DNA from: a virus
Taxonomy: Duplodnaviria > Caudoviricetes
DNA: 32,361 bases
Reading direction: 5' to 3' (one strand)
Virus record (IMG/VR): IMGVR_UViG_3300006482_000007
Coordinates: 1 to 32,361 of that record
Shown: positions 1-8,062 of the stretch, one piece after another
Layout: the number at the start of each line of letters is the position of its first letter
Position numbering within the stretch: position 1 is the first letter of the stretch
The notes under the pieces: generated by a model
What the model was told of the DNA's origin: nothing
The model's database searches: none
Seen by the model: only the letters and a program-made list of their open reading frames with translations
Translations under genes and position numbers: made by a program

Positions 1-1
1 G

Positions 2-223
2 AGATATTTAAATTCTGGAATGAGCCTACATGAAAGAAAAAAAGGAAAACTTACAGGGTACCAAGGTTTTGAAAAAGGTGTAGAAGTAATATGGACAATT
101 GATGATAAAGGAAATGTAAATAAAGAAATGATTACTTACAAAGAATTATCGAAGCAAATAGATTTATTTATAGATGGAAACAAGAAAATAGACAATTCAA
201 CAGAGCAACTAAGTTTATTTTAA
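2..223 (+). CDS. Hypothetical phage protein, probably 5'-truncated by the window edge
   Basis: Frame is open from position 2 through the track ORF 20..223, which ends ...STEQLSLF; no RBS is visible before ATG 20. Confidence 0.6.
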   Translation, partial: RYLNSGMSLHERKKGKLTGYQGFEKGVEVIWTIDDKGNVNKEMITYKELSKQIDLFIDGNKKIDNSTEQLSLF

Positions 224-245
224 CAAATGAAAAAGAGGTGATTGA

Positions 246-362
246 ATGTTAGAGGAATTACAAAGCATTTTAAGTGACCTATATTGTCGATACGGTTTAA
301 CTAGTGAAATTTTAAGACTAAGTCAAACCTTAGATAAACTTATATATCAAAGTATGAAATAG
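246..362 (+). CDS. Spo0E-like aspartyl-phosphate phosphatase family small protein (38 aa, not in ORF track)
   Basis: RBS GAGGTG at 235-240, ATG 246, TAG 360-362. Translation MLEELQSILSDLYCRYGLTSEILRLSQTLDKLIYQSMK carries YGLTS..L.LSQ.LD.LI, matching the Spo0E SQELD signature. Fills the gap between neighbouring genes. Confidence 0.7.
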   Translation: MLEELQSILSDLYCRYGLTSEILRLSQTLDKLIYQSMK

Positions 363-372
363 GGGTGAGGAT

Positions 373-687
373 ATGGATGAAAGAAAGATAGATCTGTATA
401 ACAAGATAGAAAAAATAGTTGAGTATAAAAATGAAATAGATACAATGCAGGACAATGTATCAAGATTAAAAATGCAAGTAGTAAAAGGTATGGCAGATTT
501 GGGAGTTAATGAAATAATATCTATTTCAGCAAAAGCAACAATAATGGATTTTGATAGAGGAATACTCAATAAAGACTTGACTAAAGAAGGCTTGGAGAAA
601 GCAACAGTAGGTAAAAATATAAGTATTGAAGATTGTAAAAAGTTTAGACATATTAGTTTCTTGCTAGTTAAGAGATTAAATAAATAG
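373..687 (+). CDS. Hypothetical phage protein
   Basis: ORF with RBS GGGGTGAGG; co-directional in a tightly packed operon. Confidence 0.75.
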   Translation: MDERKIDLYNKIEKIVEYKNEIDTMQDNVSRLKMQVVKGMADLGVNEIISISAKATIMDFDRGILNKDLTKEGLEKATVGKNISIEDCKKFRHISFLLVKRLNK

Positions 688-699
688 GGAGATGATGTA

Positions 700-987
700 A
701 TGCTATTCAATAGAGCCTACATAAATGAGTTAAAATCAGAGAATGAAAAACTTAAAAAGGATATAGAAAACAAAGAAAATAATGTATGCAACTTACTAGA
801 AGCAAACAAGGAACTTAGTTTATCTAATAATTACTTAGAAAATAAGATAAAACTGTTAGAACAAGTTATAAAGCAACATGAAGAGAATGAATGTAGATTA
901 AACCAGCAAGTTGTTAAATATAAAGGAATGCTTGATAAGATAGATAATTGCACAAGAATGTTGAAAGGGAGAGGAATAAATGAATAA
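700..987 (+). CDS. Hypothetical coiled-coil protein
   Basis: RBS GGGAG; heptad-like L/E/K/N-rich sequence. Confidence 0.75.
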   Translation: MLFNRAYINELKSENEKLKKDIENKENNVCNLLEANKELSLSNNYLENKIKLLEQVIKQHEENECRLNQQVVKYKGMLDKIDNCTRMLKGRGINE

Positions 988-1228
988 AAGTACAGAAGGC
1001 TTCTCAATGCTTTGGATAATAGGGGCAACTTTACCAATGTGCTTGGCAACTCCAGGCGAAGTGTTGCATCTTGTGGCTAATCACAAAGACTACAAAGCAG
1101 CATTGTTAATTTTTAGTATAGGACTGCTTAGTTTTATACTCGGTTCGTGGGCATTTGGAACATTAAGAAGGCAATTAAAAGAGTTGCTGAGAGATAATTA
1201 CAACGTAACAAGAAAGGATAATAAATAA
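980..1228 (+). CDS. Hypothetical membrane protein
   Basis: RBS GAGAGGA; two hydrophobic segments (MLWIIGATLPMCLA; AALLIFSIGLLSFILGSWAFG). Confidence 0.7.
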   Translation: MNKSTEGFSMLWIIGATLPMCLATPGEVLHLVANHKDYKAALLIFSIGLLSFILGSWAFGTLRRQLKELLRDNYNVTRKDNK

Positions 1229-1229
1229 A

Positions 1230-1490
1230 ATGAATAAATTTCCTATTTTAGATATAAGTGAAATAAGTCTAGCAACAGAAGTAGACAAGCTTACAGAAGA
1301 AACACATGAGTTTATAAATGCAATAGTTAACAATGATGAGGATAATATGATAGAGGAAGCTCTAGACGTGTTTCAAGTTGTAATTAATATATTATACAGA
1401 TATGAATTGACAGATAAGTTGGAGGAAGGCTTGAAGATTCATATTGAGAAGTTAAAGAGCAGAGGTTGGGATATACAAGAGTGGATATAG
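1230..1490 (+). CDS. MazG-like all-alpha NTP pyrophosphohydrolase
   Basis: KLTEETHEF...MIEEALDVFQVVINIL matches the EExxE...EExxD metal-binding pattern of MazG-like proteins. Confidence 0.65.
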   Translation: MNKFPILDISEISLATEVDKLTEETHEFINAIVNNDEDNMIEEALDVFQVVINILYRYELTDKLEEGLKIHIEKLKSRGWDIQEWI

Positions 1491-1502
1491 GAGGAAAATG
1501 CG

Positions 1503-1697
1503 ATGACGAAAATAAAAATAAATGGAATAGATTTGATAGAAATAAAAAAATATATTGAATTTGAACTTAAAGAAAAAATAAAAGTACTTGGAGAAGAATA
1601 TATAATAACATCAATATCTAGTGGTTATAACGATATAGAGATAGATTGCGAAAGCTATTCTAAGTACAAGTATGAAAATAGCTTAGATAGGGGTTAA
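1503..1697 (+). CDS. Hypothetical phage protein
   Basis: RBS AGGAGG; compact operon context. Confidence 0.7.
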   Translation: MTKIKINGIDLIEIKKYIEFELKEKIKVLGEEYIITSISSGYNDIEIDCESYSKYKYENSLDRG

Positions 1698-1704
1698 AGA
1701 ACTT

Positions 1705-1893
1705 ATGATAAAAATAAAGGAAGGTAATGTTATATATTTAATACCGAAACAAACAGATACAATGGATCTAAGATGTTCATCATGTGGAATTGTTAAGAAT
1801 GAACTTGATATAGATGTTTTAGAAGGGGTTTATAGATGTGAATGTGGCTCTAGTAGTTTTGTACCACAAATTGATATAGAAGAAATGATGTAG
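1705..1893 (+). CDS. Small zinc-ribbon protein
   Basis: CSSCG...YRCECGS, two Cys pairs. Confidence 0.65.
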   Translation: MIKIKEGNVIYLIPKQTDTMDLRCSSCGIVKNELDIDVLEGVYRCECGSSSFVPQIDIEEMM

Positions 1894-1912
1894 AAAACTG
1901 GAGGGAATATAC

Positions 1913-2407
1913 ATGACTAAAGAGGAATTTGATAAGTTGTATAAAAATACAGAAGGAAAGCTATTTGGATATAAATATCTAGAAGGAAAGATAGAAAATA
2001 AGAATATAGAAATATTAAAAGAGAAGAATGAGTTCTTTGGATGTACTGGTATAAGATATGATGGTATAAAAACAAGTAAAACCTATAATGTACCTAAAAG
2101 TATTGAATTAGAACTTATAACAAAAGAGAAAAAAATGAATAAATTAGAATATGAAAAAAATGATCTAGAATATGAAAAAAGAGAAATTGAAATAGCGATT
2201 AATAATTTCAATATGCAACAGAAAGAATTATTTGAAATATTGTATATGAGCAAAAGAGTTAGAGTGAGCAGAAGAGAAATAACATCAAAAATGCATATAA
2301 GTAAGACTACATATTATGAGTTAAGAAAATCACTTGTGGTAAGTGCTATTAATAGTATGCATCCACAAATACTGATAGATGAAATATATACTAAAATGGT
2401 AAATTAA
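1913..2407 (+). CDS. Late transcriptional activator, RinA/ArpU-like
   Basis: N-terminal coiled coil plus C-terminal sigma4-like HTH (REITSKMHISKTTYYELRKSLV); canonical position just upstream of the late promoter repeats and terminase. Confidence 0.7.
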   Translation: MTKEEFDKLYKNTEGKLFGYKYLEGKIENKNIEILKEKNEFFGCTGIRYDGIKTSKTYNVPKSIELELITKEKKMNKLEYEKNDLEYEKREIEIAINNFNMQQKELFEILYMSKRVRVSRREITSKMHISKTTYYELRKSLVVSAINSMHPQILIDEIYTKMVN

Positions 2408-2724
2408 TGATTGATTTAGAAGCGGGCTGTTGCATATATGCTATATTGCTTATGCTTATATGGATAATACAATTCTTTCAAAATGGAAGTGAAAAAACTA
2501 AATGGAAATACGAAATTGGAGATGAAGTTATAATATATAACAATGGTAAATACTTTGGATGTAAAGTATTAGAAAAAAGATATTATACAAAAGGGAAAGT
2601 AAAAAATAAGCCATGTTATAAATTAAAAATATTCAGCAAATGCATAGATATAATGACAGTGAATGAAGATGAAATATTGTGCACTTCAAATGAATATGGA
2701 AGATTTCCAAGATATGATAAATAG
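2407..2724 (+). CDS. Hypothetical protein with N-terminal membrane anchor
   Basis: Coupled by TAATG overlap; hydrophobic CCIYAILLMLIWIIQFF followed by a KYEIGDEVII beta-rich domain. Confidence 0.65.
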   Translation: MIDLEAGCCIYAILLMLIWIIQFFQNGSEKTKWKYEIGDEVIIYNNGKYFGCKVLEKRYYTKGKVKNKPCYKLKIFSKCIDIMTVNEDEILCTSNEYGRFPRYDK

Positions 2725-2726
2725 AG

Positions 2727-2789
2727 GGACACTTTTAGGACAAAGTACGGACAAAGTACGGAAAAAATATGTAAAATCGATGCTAAACT
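2727..2789 (+). promoter_or_regulatory. Late promoter: four 11-bp tandem repeats (activator sites) plus extended -10
   Basis: GGACACTTTTA (2727), GGACAAAGTAC (2738), GGACAAAGTAC (2749), GGAAAAAATAT (2760), spaced one helical turn apart, then TGcTAAACT (2781-2789) with no consensus -35. Typical architecture of RinA/ArpU-activated promoters. Confidence 0.7.
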
Positions 2790-3158
2790 ATTAATATAGA
2801 ATAGTTTCATAATTTTTCACTGTCAAAGAAATGGCTTAAATTCTCATACATATTTAAGTTTCTGGAGGAAGGTACGGTAAAGCCTTCCTCAATATGTTGG
2901 CATTGGATTATAAGTAATTAAATCATATCGAAGGCCAAGAATGATATTAAAAACTTATACTGTGGTTCAAATCCATGGGCTGACTAATACGTATTATGAG
3001 TTTATCAAGTTTTTAGCGTGATGAAGGCAACATCTCAAATGCCAAATTAATTAATCGTAGGGTAATGCGATTAATATTTAATTAAAAATAGTAGTAGTAA
3101 AAAATAGTTTAATTATTTCAATAAACACTATATATTGTATAGACCTAATGACTTTTAA

Positions 3159-3197
3159 AAAGCCTAGTTCTAGCGATGTTAGAACTAGGCTTTATTT
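3159..3197 (+). terminator. Intrinsic terminator-like hairpin in late leader
   Basis: Perfect 14-bp stem AAAGCCTAGTTCTA/TAGAACTAGGCTTT followed by ATTT. Confidence 0.55.
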
Positions 3198-3280
3198 GTG
3201 AAGGTGAGGGTATCTTTAATTGTTAGTTCGAATCTAACAACCTTCTTATATGTAATTCCTCATAATATTCCCCTAAATTT

Positions 3281-3315
3281 AAGGAGTATCTTAATAGATG
3301 CTCCTTTTTTATTTT
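3281..3315 (+). terminator. Intrinsic terminator
   Basis: AAGGAGTATCT-TAAT-AGATGCTCCTT followed by TTTTATTTT. Confidence 0.7.
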
Positions 3316-3334
3316 GTTTGAAAGGTGTGTTGAT

Positions 3335-3703
3335 ATGGCTAAGAAATGGTATGGAATAGAAAAATTAGTAGATAAAGAAATTAATATACCTAAGGATCTA
3401 TGGCAATATGAAGAAACTATGCGAGGAATACCTAACCATGACAAGACTAATGGTGCAAAAAAGATATTTCAACGTAAAGAGTATTCTATATATAAAGCTA
3501 GTAATGGATATATAGTACATAACACTAATAAAGAATTTAGGATAGGTCATACTCATGTGAGAAGCTTTAATAAAGCTAAATCAATAGTGGATTTATGTGT
3601 TAGAAAGAAATTGCCAAATACACCTAGAAGATGGGAAATAGAAAGTTTAATGAGAGTGACGAATAATAATACTTATAGAAATAAGTTAAGAAATATGCTA
3701 TAA
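3335..3703 (+). CDS. Hypothetical phage protein (likely start ATG 3335)
   Basis: RBS AAAGGTG at 3321-3327 fits ATG 3335 better than the track start at 3314; basic protein with a GHTH motif. Confidence 0.7.
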   Translation: MAKKWYGIEKLVDKEINIPKDLWQYEETMRGIPNHDKTNGAKKIFQRKEYSIYKASNGYIVHNTNKEFRIGHTHVRSFNKAKSIVDLCVRKKLPNTPRRWEIESLMRVTNNNTYRNKLRNML

Positions 3704-3709
3704 AAAAGA

Positions 3710-3734
3710 AGGAAAACCTCGAATTAAGTAGAAT
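3710..3734 (+). promoter_or_regulatory. sigmaH-like promoter for the YfbU-family moron
   Basis: AGGA (3710-3713), 17 nt, GAAT (3731-3734); fits the RNAGGAWWW-N11/12-RNNGAATWW sigmaH consensus. Confidence 0.5.
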
Positions 3735-3762
3735 TATATACTTGAAAGAGAGGTGATTGGTT

Positions 3763-4272
3763 ATGGAGTTGACTGAAAAAGAAAGACTTATTTTATATAA
3801 TCAATATGAAATACTAAAATTATTAAACCCTGAAGAAAAGGAATATTATGAGAGAGATCAAGAAATACTTATTAATGGATTTAAATACAATTATGATAAT
3901 TTAGTAGAGGGGTTTATGAATGAAACCTCAGAAGAAGTATCACAATTCGTAATTGACGTATTGCAAATGCATAGAGTATTAAATAATTCATACGATAAAT
4001 TAAAGGATGATGAAAAATCTCAAATAGATCTATATGATATAAGTTTTAAAGGTTTTGACGGTAATGAAGAAATTGACTATTATGTTTATGCTAAGTTCTA
4101 TTTAGAAAAATTAGATAGATTTGGAGAGTTAAAAGAATCTAAATATTATGCGGTAAACTCACACACAAACATGCTTAATGATTATCGTAAAATGGTAAGT
4201 TTATGGAAAGAAGTTAAAACTGGTAGATACAATAATGTGTCATTAAAAAATATGCAATATATAATAGGTTAA
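3763..4272 (+). CDS. YfbU (UPF0304) family protein, moron
   Basis: MELTEKERLILYNQYEIL...FKGFDGNEE...NSH..M...Y..M is characteristic of YfbU. RBS GAGGTG fits ATG 3763; has its own promoter and terminator. Confidence 0.75.
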   Translation: MELTEKERLILYNQYEILKLLNPEEKEYYERDQEILINGFKYNYDNLVEGFMNETSEEVSQFVIDVLQMHRVLNNSYDKLKDDEKSQIDLYDISFKGFDGNEEIDYYVYAKFYLEKLDRFGELKESKYYAVNSHTNMLNDYRKMVSLWKEVKTGRYNNVSLKNMQYIIG

Positions 4273-4275
4273 GCT

Positions 4276-4306
4276 AAAAGAACTCTAGAAATAGGGTTCT
4301 TTTTAT
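4276..4306 (+). terminator. Intrinsic terminator after YfbU-like gene
   Basis: AAAAGAACTCTA-GAAA-TAGGGTTCTTTT followed by TATT. Confidence 0.7.
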
Positions 4307-4358
4307 TGAATAAATTTACAAAAAGAATAAATAATTAGAAAAGAAAGGAGTGGTATTA

Positions 4359-4856
4359 ATGGCTAAACTAACAGCTAAACAAAAAAGATTTATAGAAGAA
4401 TATTTAATAGACCTTAATGCCACTCAAGCATCAATTCGAGCGGGTTATAGTCCAGAAACAGCAAAAGAAATAGGTTGTGAAAACTTAACAAAACCTAACA
4501 TAAAAAATGAGATAGACAAATCTATAGCTGAAAGAAGTCGAAGGACAGGGATAAATCAAGACAGAGTGCTAAGGGAAATAGCTAAGATAGCTTTTGTAAA
4601 TCCAAGTGATGTAATTAATTTTAATCAAGCTACAGTAAAAGAAAATGCTAGTGATGATGATTTAGCAGTAATATCAGGAGTAAAAATAAAATCTATTCCT
4701 ACAGACGATGGAAACATACAAGAAAGAGAAGTCAAGTTGTATGATAAGCTTAAAGCTTTAGACATGTTAGGAAAGCATTTAGGCATGTTTACTGACAAAA
4801 TAGAGTTAAAGGGTGATATGGGCGTAAAAATTATAGACGATATACCAGATGAGTAG
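4359..4856 (+). CDS. terS: Terminase small subunit
   Basis: LTAKQKRFIEEYLIDLNATQASIRAGYS HTH and KLKALDMLGKHLGMF motifs; RBS AAGGAG fits ATG 4359. Confidence 0.95.
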   Translation: MAKLTAKQKRFIEEYLIDLNATQASIRAGYSPETAKEIGCENLTKPNIKNEIDKSIAERSRRTGINQDRVLREIAKIAFVNPSDVINFNQATVKENASDDDLAVISGVKIKSIPTDDGNIQEREVKLYDKLKALDMLGKHLGMFTDKIELKGDMGVKIIDDIPDE

Positions 4857-6120
4857 CTTAAAAGAAATAATAGCTCCTAGTTTTTACAATGCTCATACTG
4901 ATATTAAGAAAGAAGCTCATACTCACTATTGGTTTAAAGGTGGTCGTGGTAGTACTAAATCATCGTTTATATCTGTGGAAATTGTTTTGAATATAATGAA
5001 GGATGCATCAAATGATGAATATACGAATGCTGTTGTATTTAGAAGAGTTAAAGATGTTTTAAGAGGTTCTGTATTTGAACAAATATTATGGGCTATAGAT
5101 GTGCTAGGAGTTAATAATAAATGGAAAGCTAGTTATTCACCTCTTAAATTAACCTATATACCGACAGGTCAGCAAATTATATTTAAAGGTGCAGACAACC
5201 CTAAGAAGGTAAAATCCATAAAAGTATCTAAAGGATATTTAAAATATATTTGGTATGAAGAAGTAGATGAATTTGAAAATTACGATAAAATAAGAAATAT
5301 AAACCAATCTCTTATGAGAGGTGGAATTAAATTCTTTGTTTTTTATTCTTTTAACCCTCCAGAAAGTCAAAGAAATTGGACGAACATGGAAGTATTAGAG
5401 GAGAGAAAAGATAAATACATACATCATAGTGATTATAGAAGTGTACCTAAAAAATGGTTAGGAGAACAATTTATAATTGAAGCAGAACATCTTAAAAAAG
5501 TAAATCTAACTAAATACGAGCATGATTATTTAGGAGCTGTAACAGGAACCGGAGGAGAAGTATTTTTAAATATTACTGTAAGAGAGATTACAGATAAAGA
5601 AATAAAAACATTTGATAGAATCAAAAGAGGTTTAGACTGGGGGTATGCAGCAGACCCTCTTGCTTATGCAGTTATGAATTATGATAAAACTAGAAAAAGA
5701 TTATATATATTTAGAGAAATATACAAGACTAGATTGTCTAATAGCAAGGCCGCTAAATTAATAAAACAAATAGATCCTAATCCAAAGCTTATTATTGCTG
5801 ATAGCGCTGAACCTAAATCTATAGATGATTTAAAAGATGCAGATTTAAAGATTAAAGGAGCTAAAAAAGGAGAAGGAAGTGTTGAATATGGCATTAGGTT
5901 CTTAGCTGAAGAATTAGAAGAAATTATCATTGACCCAATAAGATGTCCTAATGCCAAAATGGAGTTTTTGGGTTATGAAATAGAAAAAGATAAAAATGGC
6001 AATTTAAAAGGAGAATATCCAGATAAAAATAACCATTTTTTAGATGCTACAAGATATGCTTTAGAAGATGAAATAAGACAAAATAGAATGAAGTCTAAAA
6101 AATTAAATCTAGGAATCTAG
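4849..6120 (+). CDS. terL: Terminase large subunit, PBSX family
   Basis: Walker A KGGRGSTKS, Walker B WYEE, SFNPP, nuclease GLDWGY and NHFLDATRYA. Confidence 0.95.
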   Translation: MSSLKEIIAPSFYNAHTDIKKEAHTHYWFKGGRGSTKSSFISVEIVLNIMKDASNDEYTNAVVFRRVKDVLRGSVFEQILWAIDVLGVNNKWKASYSPLKLTYIPTGQQIIFKGADNPKKVKSIKVSKGYLKYIWYEEVDEFENYDKIRNINQSLMRGGIKFFVFYSFNPPESQRNWTNMEVLEERKDKYIHHSDYRSVPKKWLGEQFIIEAEHLKKVNLTKYEHDYLGAVTGTGGEVFLNITVREITDKEIKTFDRIKRGLDWGYAADPLAYAVMNYDKTRKRLYIFREIYKTRLSNSKAAKLIKQIDPNPKLIIADSAEPKSIDDLKDADLKIKGAKKGEGSVEYGIRFLAEELEEIIIDPIRCPNAKMEFLGYEIEKDKNGNLKGEYPDKNNHFLDATRYALEDEIRQNRMKSKKLNLGI

Positions 6121-6131
6121 GAGGTGATAAA

Positions 6132-7517
6132 ATGGCGATAAGAAAGAAAACACCGTTTTTTCAAACATCAAGTATAAGTATAGATCCACAAAGCGTGTAT
6201 AAACTTATAGCTAGACATAAAGAATTTCAAGAGAAGTTCAGAACAAATGAGATGTATTATTCTGATGAACATAAAATACTTTCTAGGCAACAAAAGGATG
6301 ACAGCAAACCTAATAATAAGATAATACAAAGCTTGCCTGCTTATACAGTTGATATAAGAACAGGCTATTTTAGTGGAGAACCTCTTACTTTTGCTTGTGA
6401 GGATGAAGAGCAGCAAGAACAAATAACAAATATATTAGAATATAACGATTTTCAAGATATAAACTCGGAGCTTGACCATTATAGCTCAATACATGGTCAA
6501 GCTTTTTTAATTGTCTATATTGATGATGATAATAATATAAGATTAGCAGTTGAAACAGCTGATAATTGCTTTGTAATCCATGATAATTCACTATCTAAAA
6601 ATATGATTGGTGCAATAAGATACTATGAATATGAGGATATAGTTGATAATGAAATAAAAATGGATGTAAGACTTTATACAAAGGATAAAATATATCATTT
6701 TAAAGGTCCAGAAACTTCATTAGCTTTAGTTATAGATGAAGATGGAAAAGAAGACGTACAACCTCATGACTTTGGAGATGTGCCTGTTATAGAATTTGTT
6801 GAAAATGCAGAAAGAAGAGGATGTTTTGAAAAGCAAATTACTCTAGTTGATGCAATAGAAAGTATATTATCATCTTCAATAAATGAAGTAGAGTACTTTG
6901 ATAATGCTTATTTATTATTAAGGAATCTATCTGGTACAGAAGAATCAGATATAGATGACATGAAAAATAATAGAGTTATGTTAGTGGATGAAGATGGAGA
7001 TGCTAAATTTTTAACCAAAGAAATTAATGATACTTATATACAAAACAATTTAAATAGATTAGTAGCTGACTATCACAAATTAACTAAAACTCCACCACTG
7101 ACAGATGAAAACTTTGCAGGCCAAACAAGTGGAGTTGCTCTTAAATTTAAGCTATTTGGATTAGAAAAAGATATGGCCAAGAAGGAAAGTAAGTGGAGAA
7201 AGTCTATTCAAAGGATGCTAGAAATTGTAACTAATATCTTAAATATTAAGAATGGAAGTAGTTATGACTATAGAAAAATAAAAATTACATTTACTAGATC
7301 ATTACCAACTAATATAACAGAAACTGCTGATATGGTTAGTAAACTATCTGGAATGCTTTCAGATGAAACATTAATATCTCAATTGGATTTTGTTGAAAAT
7401 GCTAAAACTGAAATAGAAAAGAGAAATAAAGAACAGGAAGAACAAGTTAAGAATATGGATTTGTATAATGATTTTGGAAGTGATAAAGGTAAAGCTATAG
7501 AGGAGAATGAGGAATAA
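6132..7517 (+). CDS. Portal protein, SPP1 gp6-like
   Basis: Follows terL; GYFSGEP, HDFGDVPVIEF, SGVALKFKL and ITFTRSLP motifs. Confidence 0.92.
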   Translation: MAIRKKTPFFQTSSISIDPQSVYKLIARHKEFQEKFRTNEMYYSDEHKILSRQQKDDSKPNNKIIQSLPAYTVDIRTGYFSGEPLTFACEDEEQQEQITNILEYNDFQDINSELDHYSSIHGQAFLIVYIDDDNNIRLAVETADNCFVIHDNSLSKNMIGAIRYYEYEDIVDNEIKMDVRLYTKDKIYHFKGPETSLALVIDEDGKEDVQPHDFGDVPVIEFVENAERRGCFEKQITLVDAIESILSSSINEVEYFDNAYLLLRNLSGTEESDIDDMKNNRVMLVDEDGDAKFLTKEINDTYIQNNLNRLVADYHKLTKTPPLTDENFAGQTSGVALKFKLFGLEKDMAKKESKWRKSIQRMLEIVTNILNIKNGSSYDYRKIKITFTRSLPTNITETADMVSKLSGMLSDETLISQLDFVENAKTEIEKRNKEQEEQVKNMDLYNDFGSDKGKAIEENEE

Positions 7518-8062
7518 TGAATTTATATTTTGATACAGAATTTACAGGATTACATAAAGATACAACATTAATAAGTATAGGAATTATATCAGAAGATAAC
7601 AGAACTTTTTATGCTGAATTAAGAGATTATGATAAATCTCAAGTTGACGATTGGTTACAAGAACATGTAATAGATAATTTATATTTAACAAATCTGTTTG
7701 GAGAAGAAGGAATAGTGTCACCCATTACTTCGACTGATTTTATAATGACAGGAAATATGAAAGAAGTTGCGACAGAATTAAAAAAATGGATAAAGCAATT
7801 TGATAATATAAAAATATGGTCAGATTGTTTAGCTTACGACTGGGTATTATTTAATCATTTATTTGGTCATGCTTTTAATTTACCTAAAAATATATATTAT
7901 ATTCCTTTTGATATATGTACATTATTTGAAATCAAAGGTATAGATGCGGATATATCAAGAGAGGAATTTATCAATAATTCAGTAACAGGAAATAAACATA
8001 ATGCTTTATACGATGCAAAAGTTATAAAAGCTTGTTATGAGAAGTTGATGACAAATGAGTAA
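7517..8062 (+). CDS. DEDDh 3'-5' exonuclease (Rv2179c/DUF5051-like)
   Basis: YFDTEFTG (Exo I), AYDW (Exo II), HNALYDA (Exo III); translationally coupled to the portal and MuF genes. Confidence 0.8.
   Translation: MNLYFDTEFTGLHKDTTLISIGIISEDNRTFYAELRDYDKSQVDDWLQEHVIDNLYLTNLFGEEGIVSPITSTDFIMTGNMKEVATELKKWIKQFDNIKIWSDCLAYDWVLFNHLFGHAFNLPKNIYYIPFDICTLFEIKGIDADISREEFINNSVTGNKHNALYDAKVIKACYEKLMTNE

Larger units (their letters stand above)
2796..3315 (+). ncRNA. Putative structured late-leader RNA with two tRNA-like (acceptor stem plus T-arm) elements
   Basis: ORF-free on the plus strand. Hairpins at 2827-2862, 2865-2890, 3050-3075, 3159-3193 and 3281-3305; T-loops GG-TTCAAAT-CC (2964-2974) and AG-TTCGAAT-CT (3225-3235). 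Confidence 0.5.

Noticed and set aside
2727..2770. CRISPR array or replication iterons
   Set aside because: The repeats are 11 bp, directly adjacent with no spacers, and sit just upstream of a -10 box after a late activator gene.
2896..3245. Canonical tRNA genes
   Set aside because: T-arms and acceptor-like stems are present, but there is no D arm, 7-nt anticodon loop or CCA end; reported as tRNA-like only.
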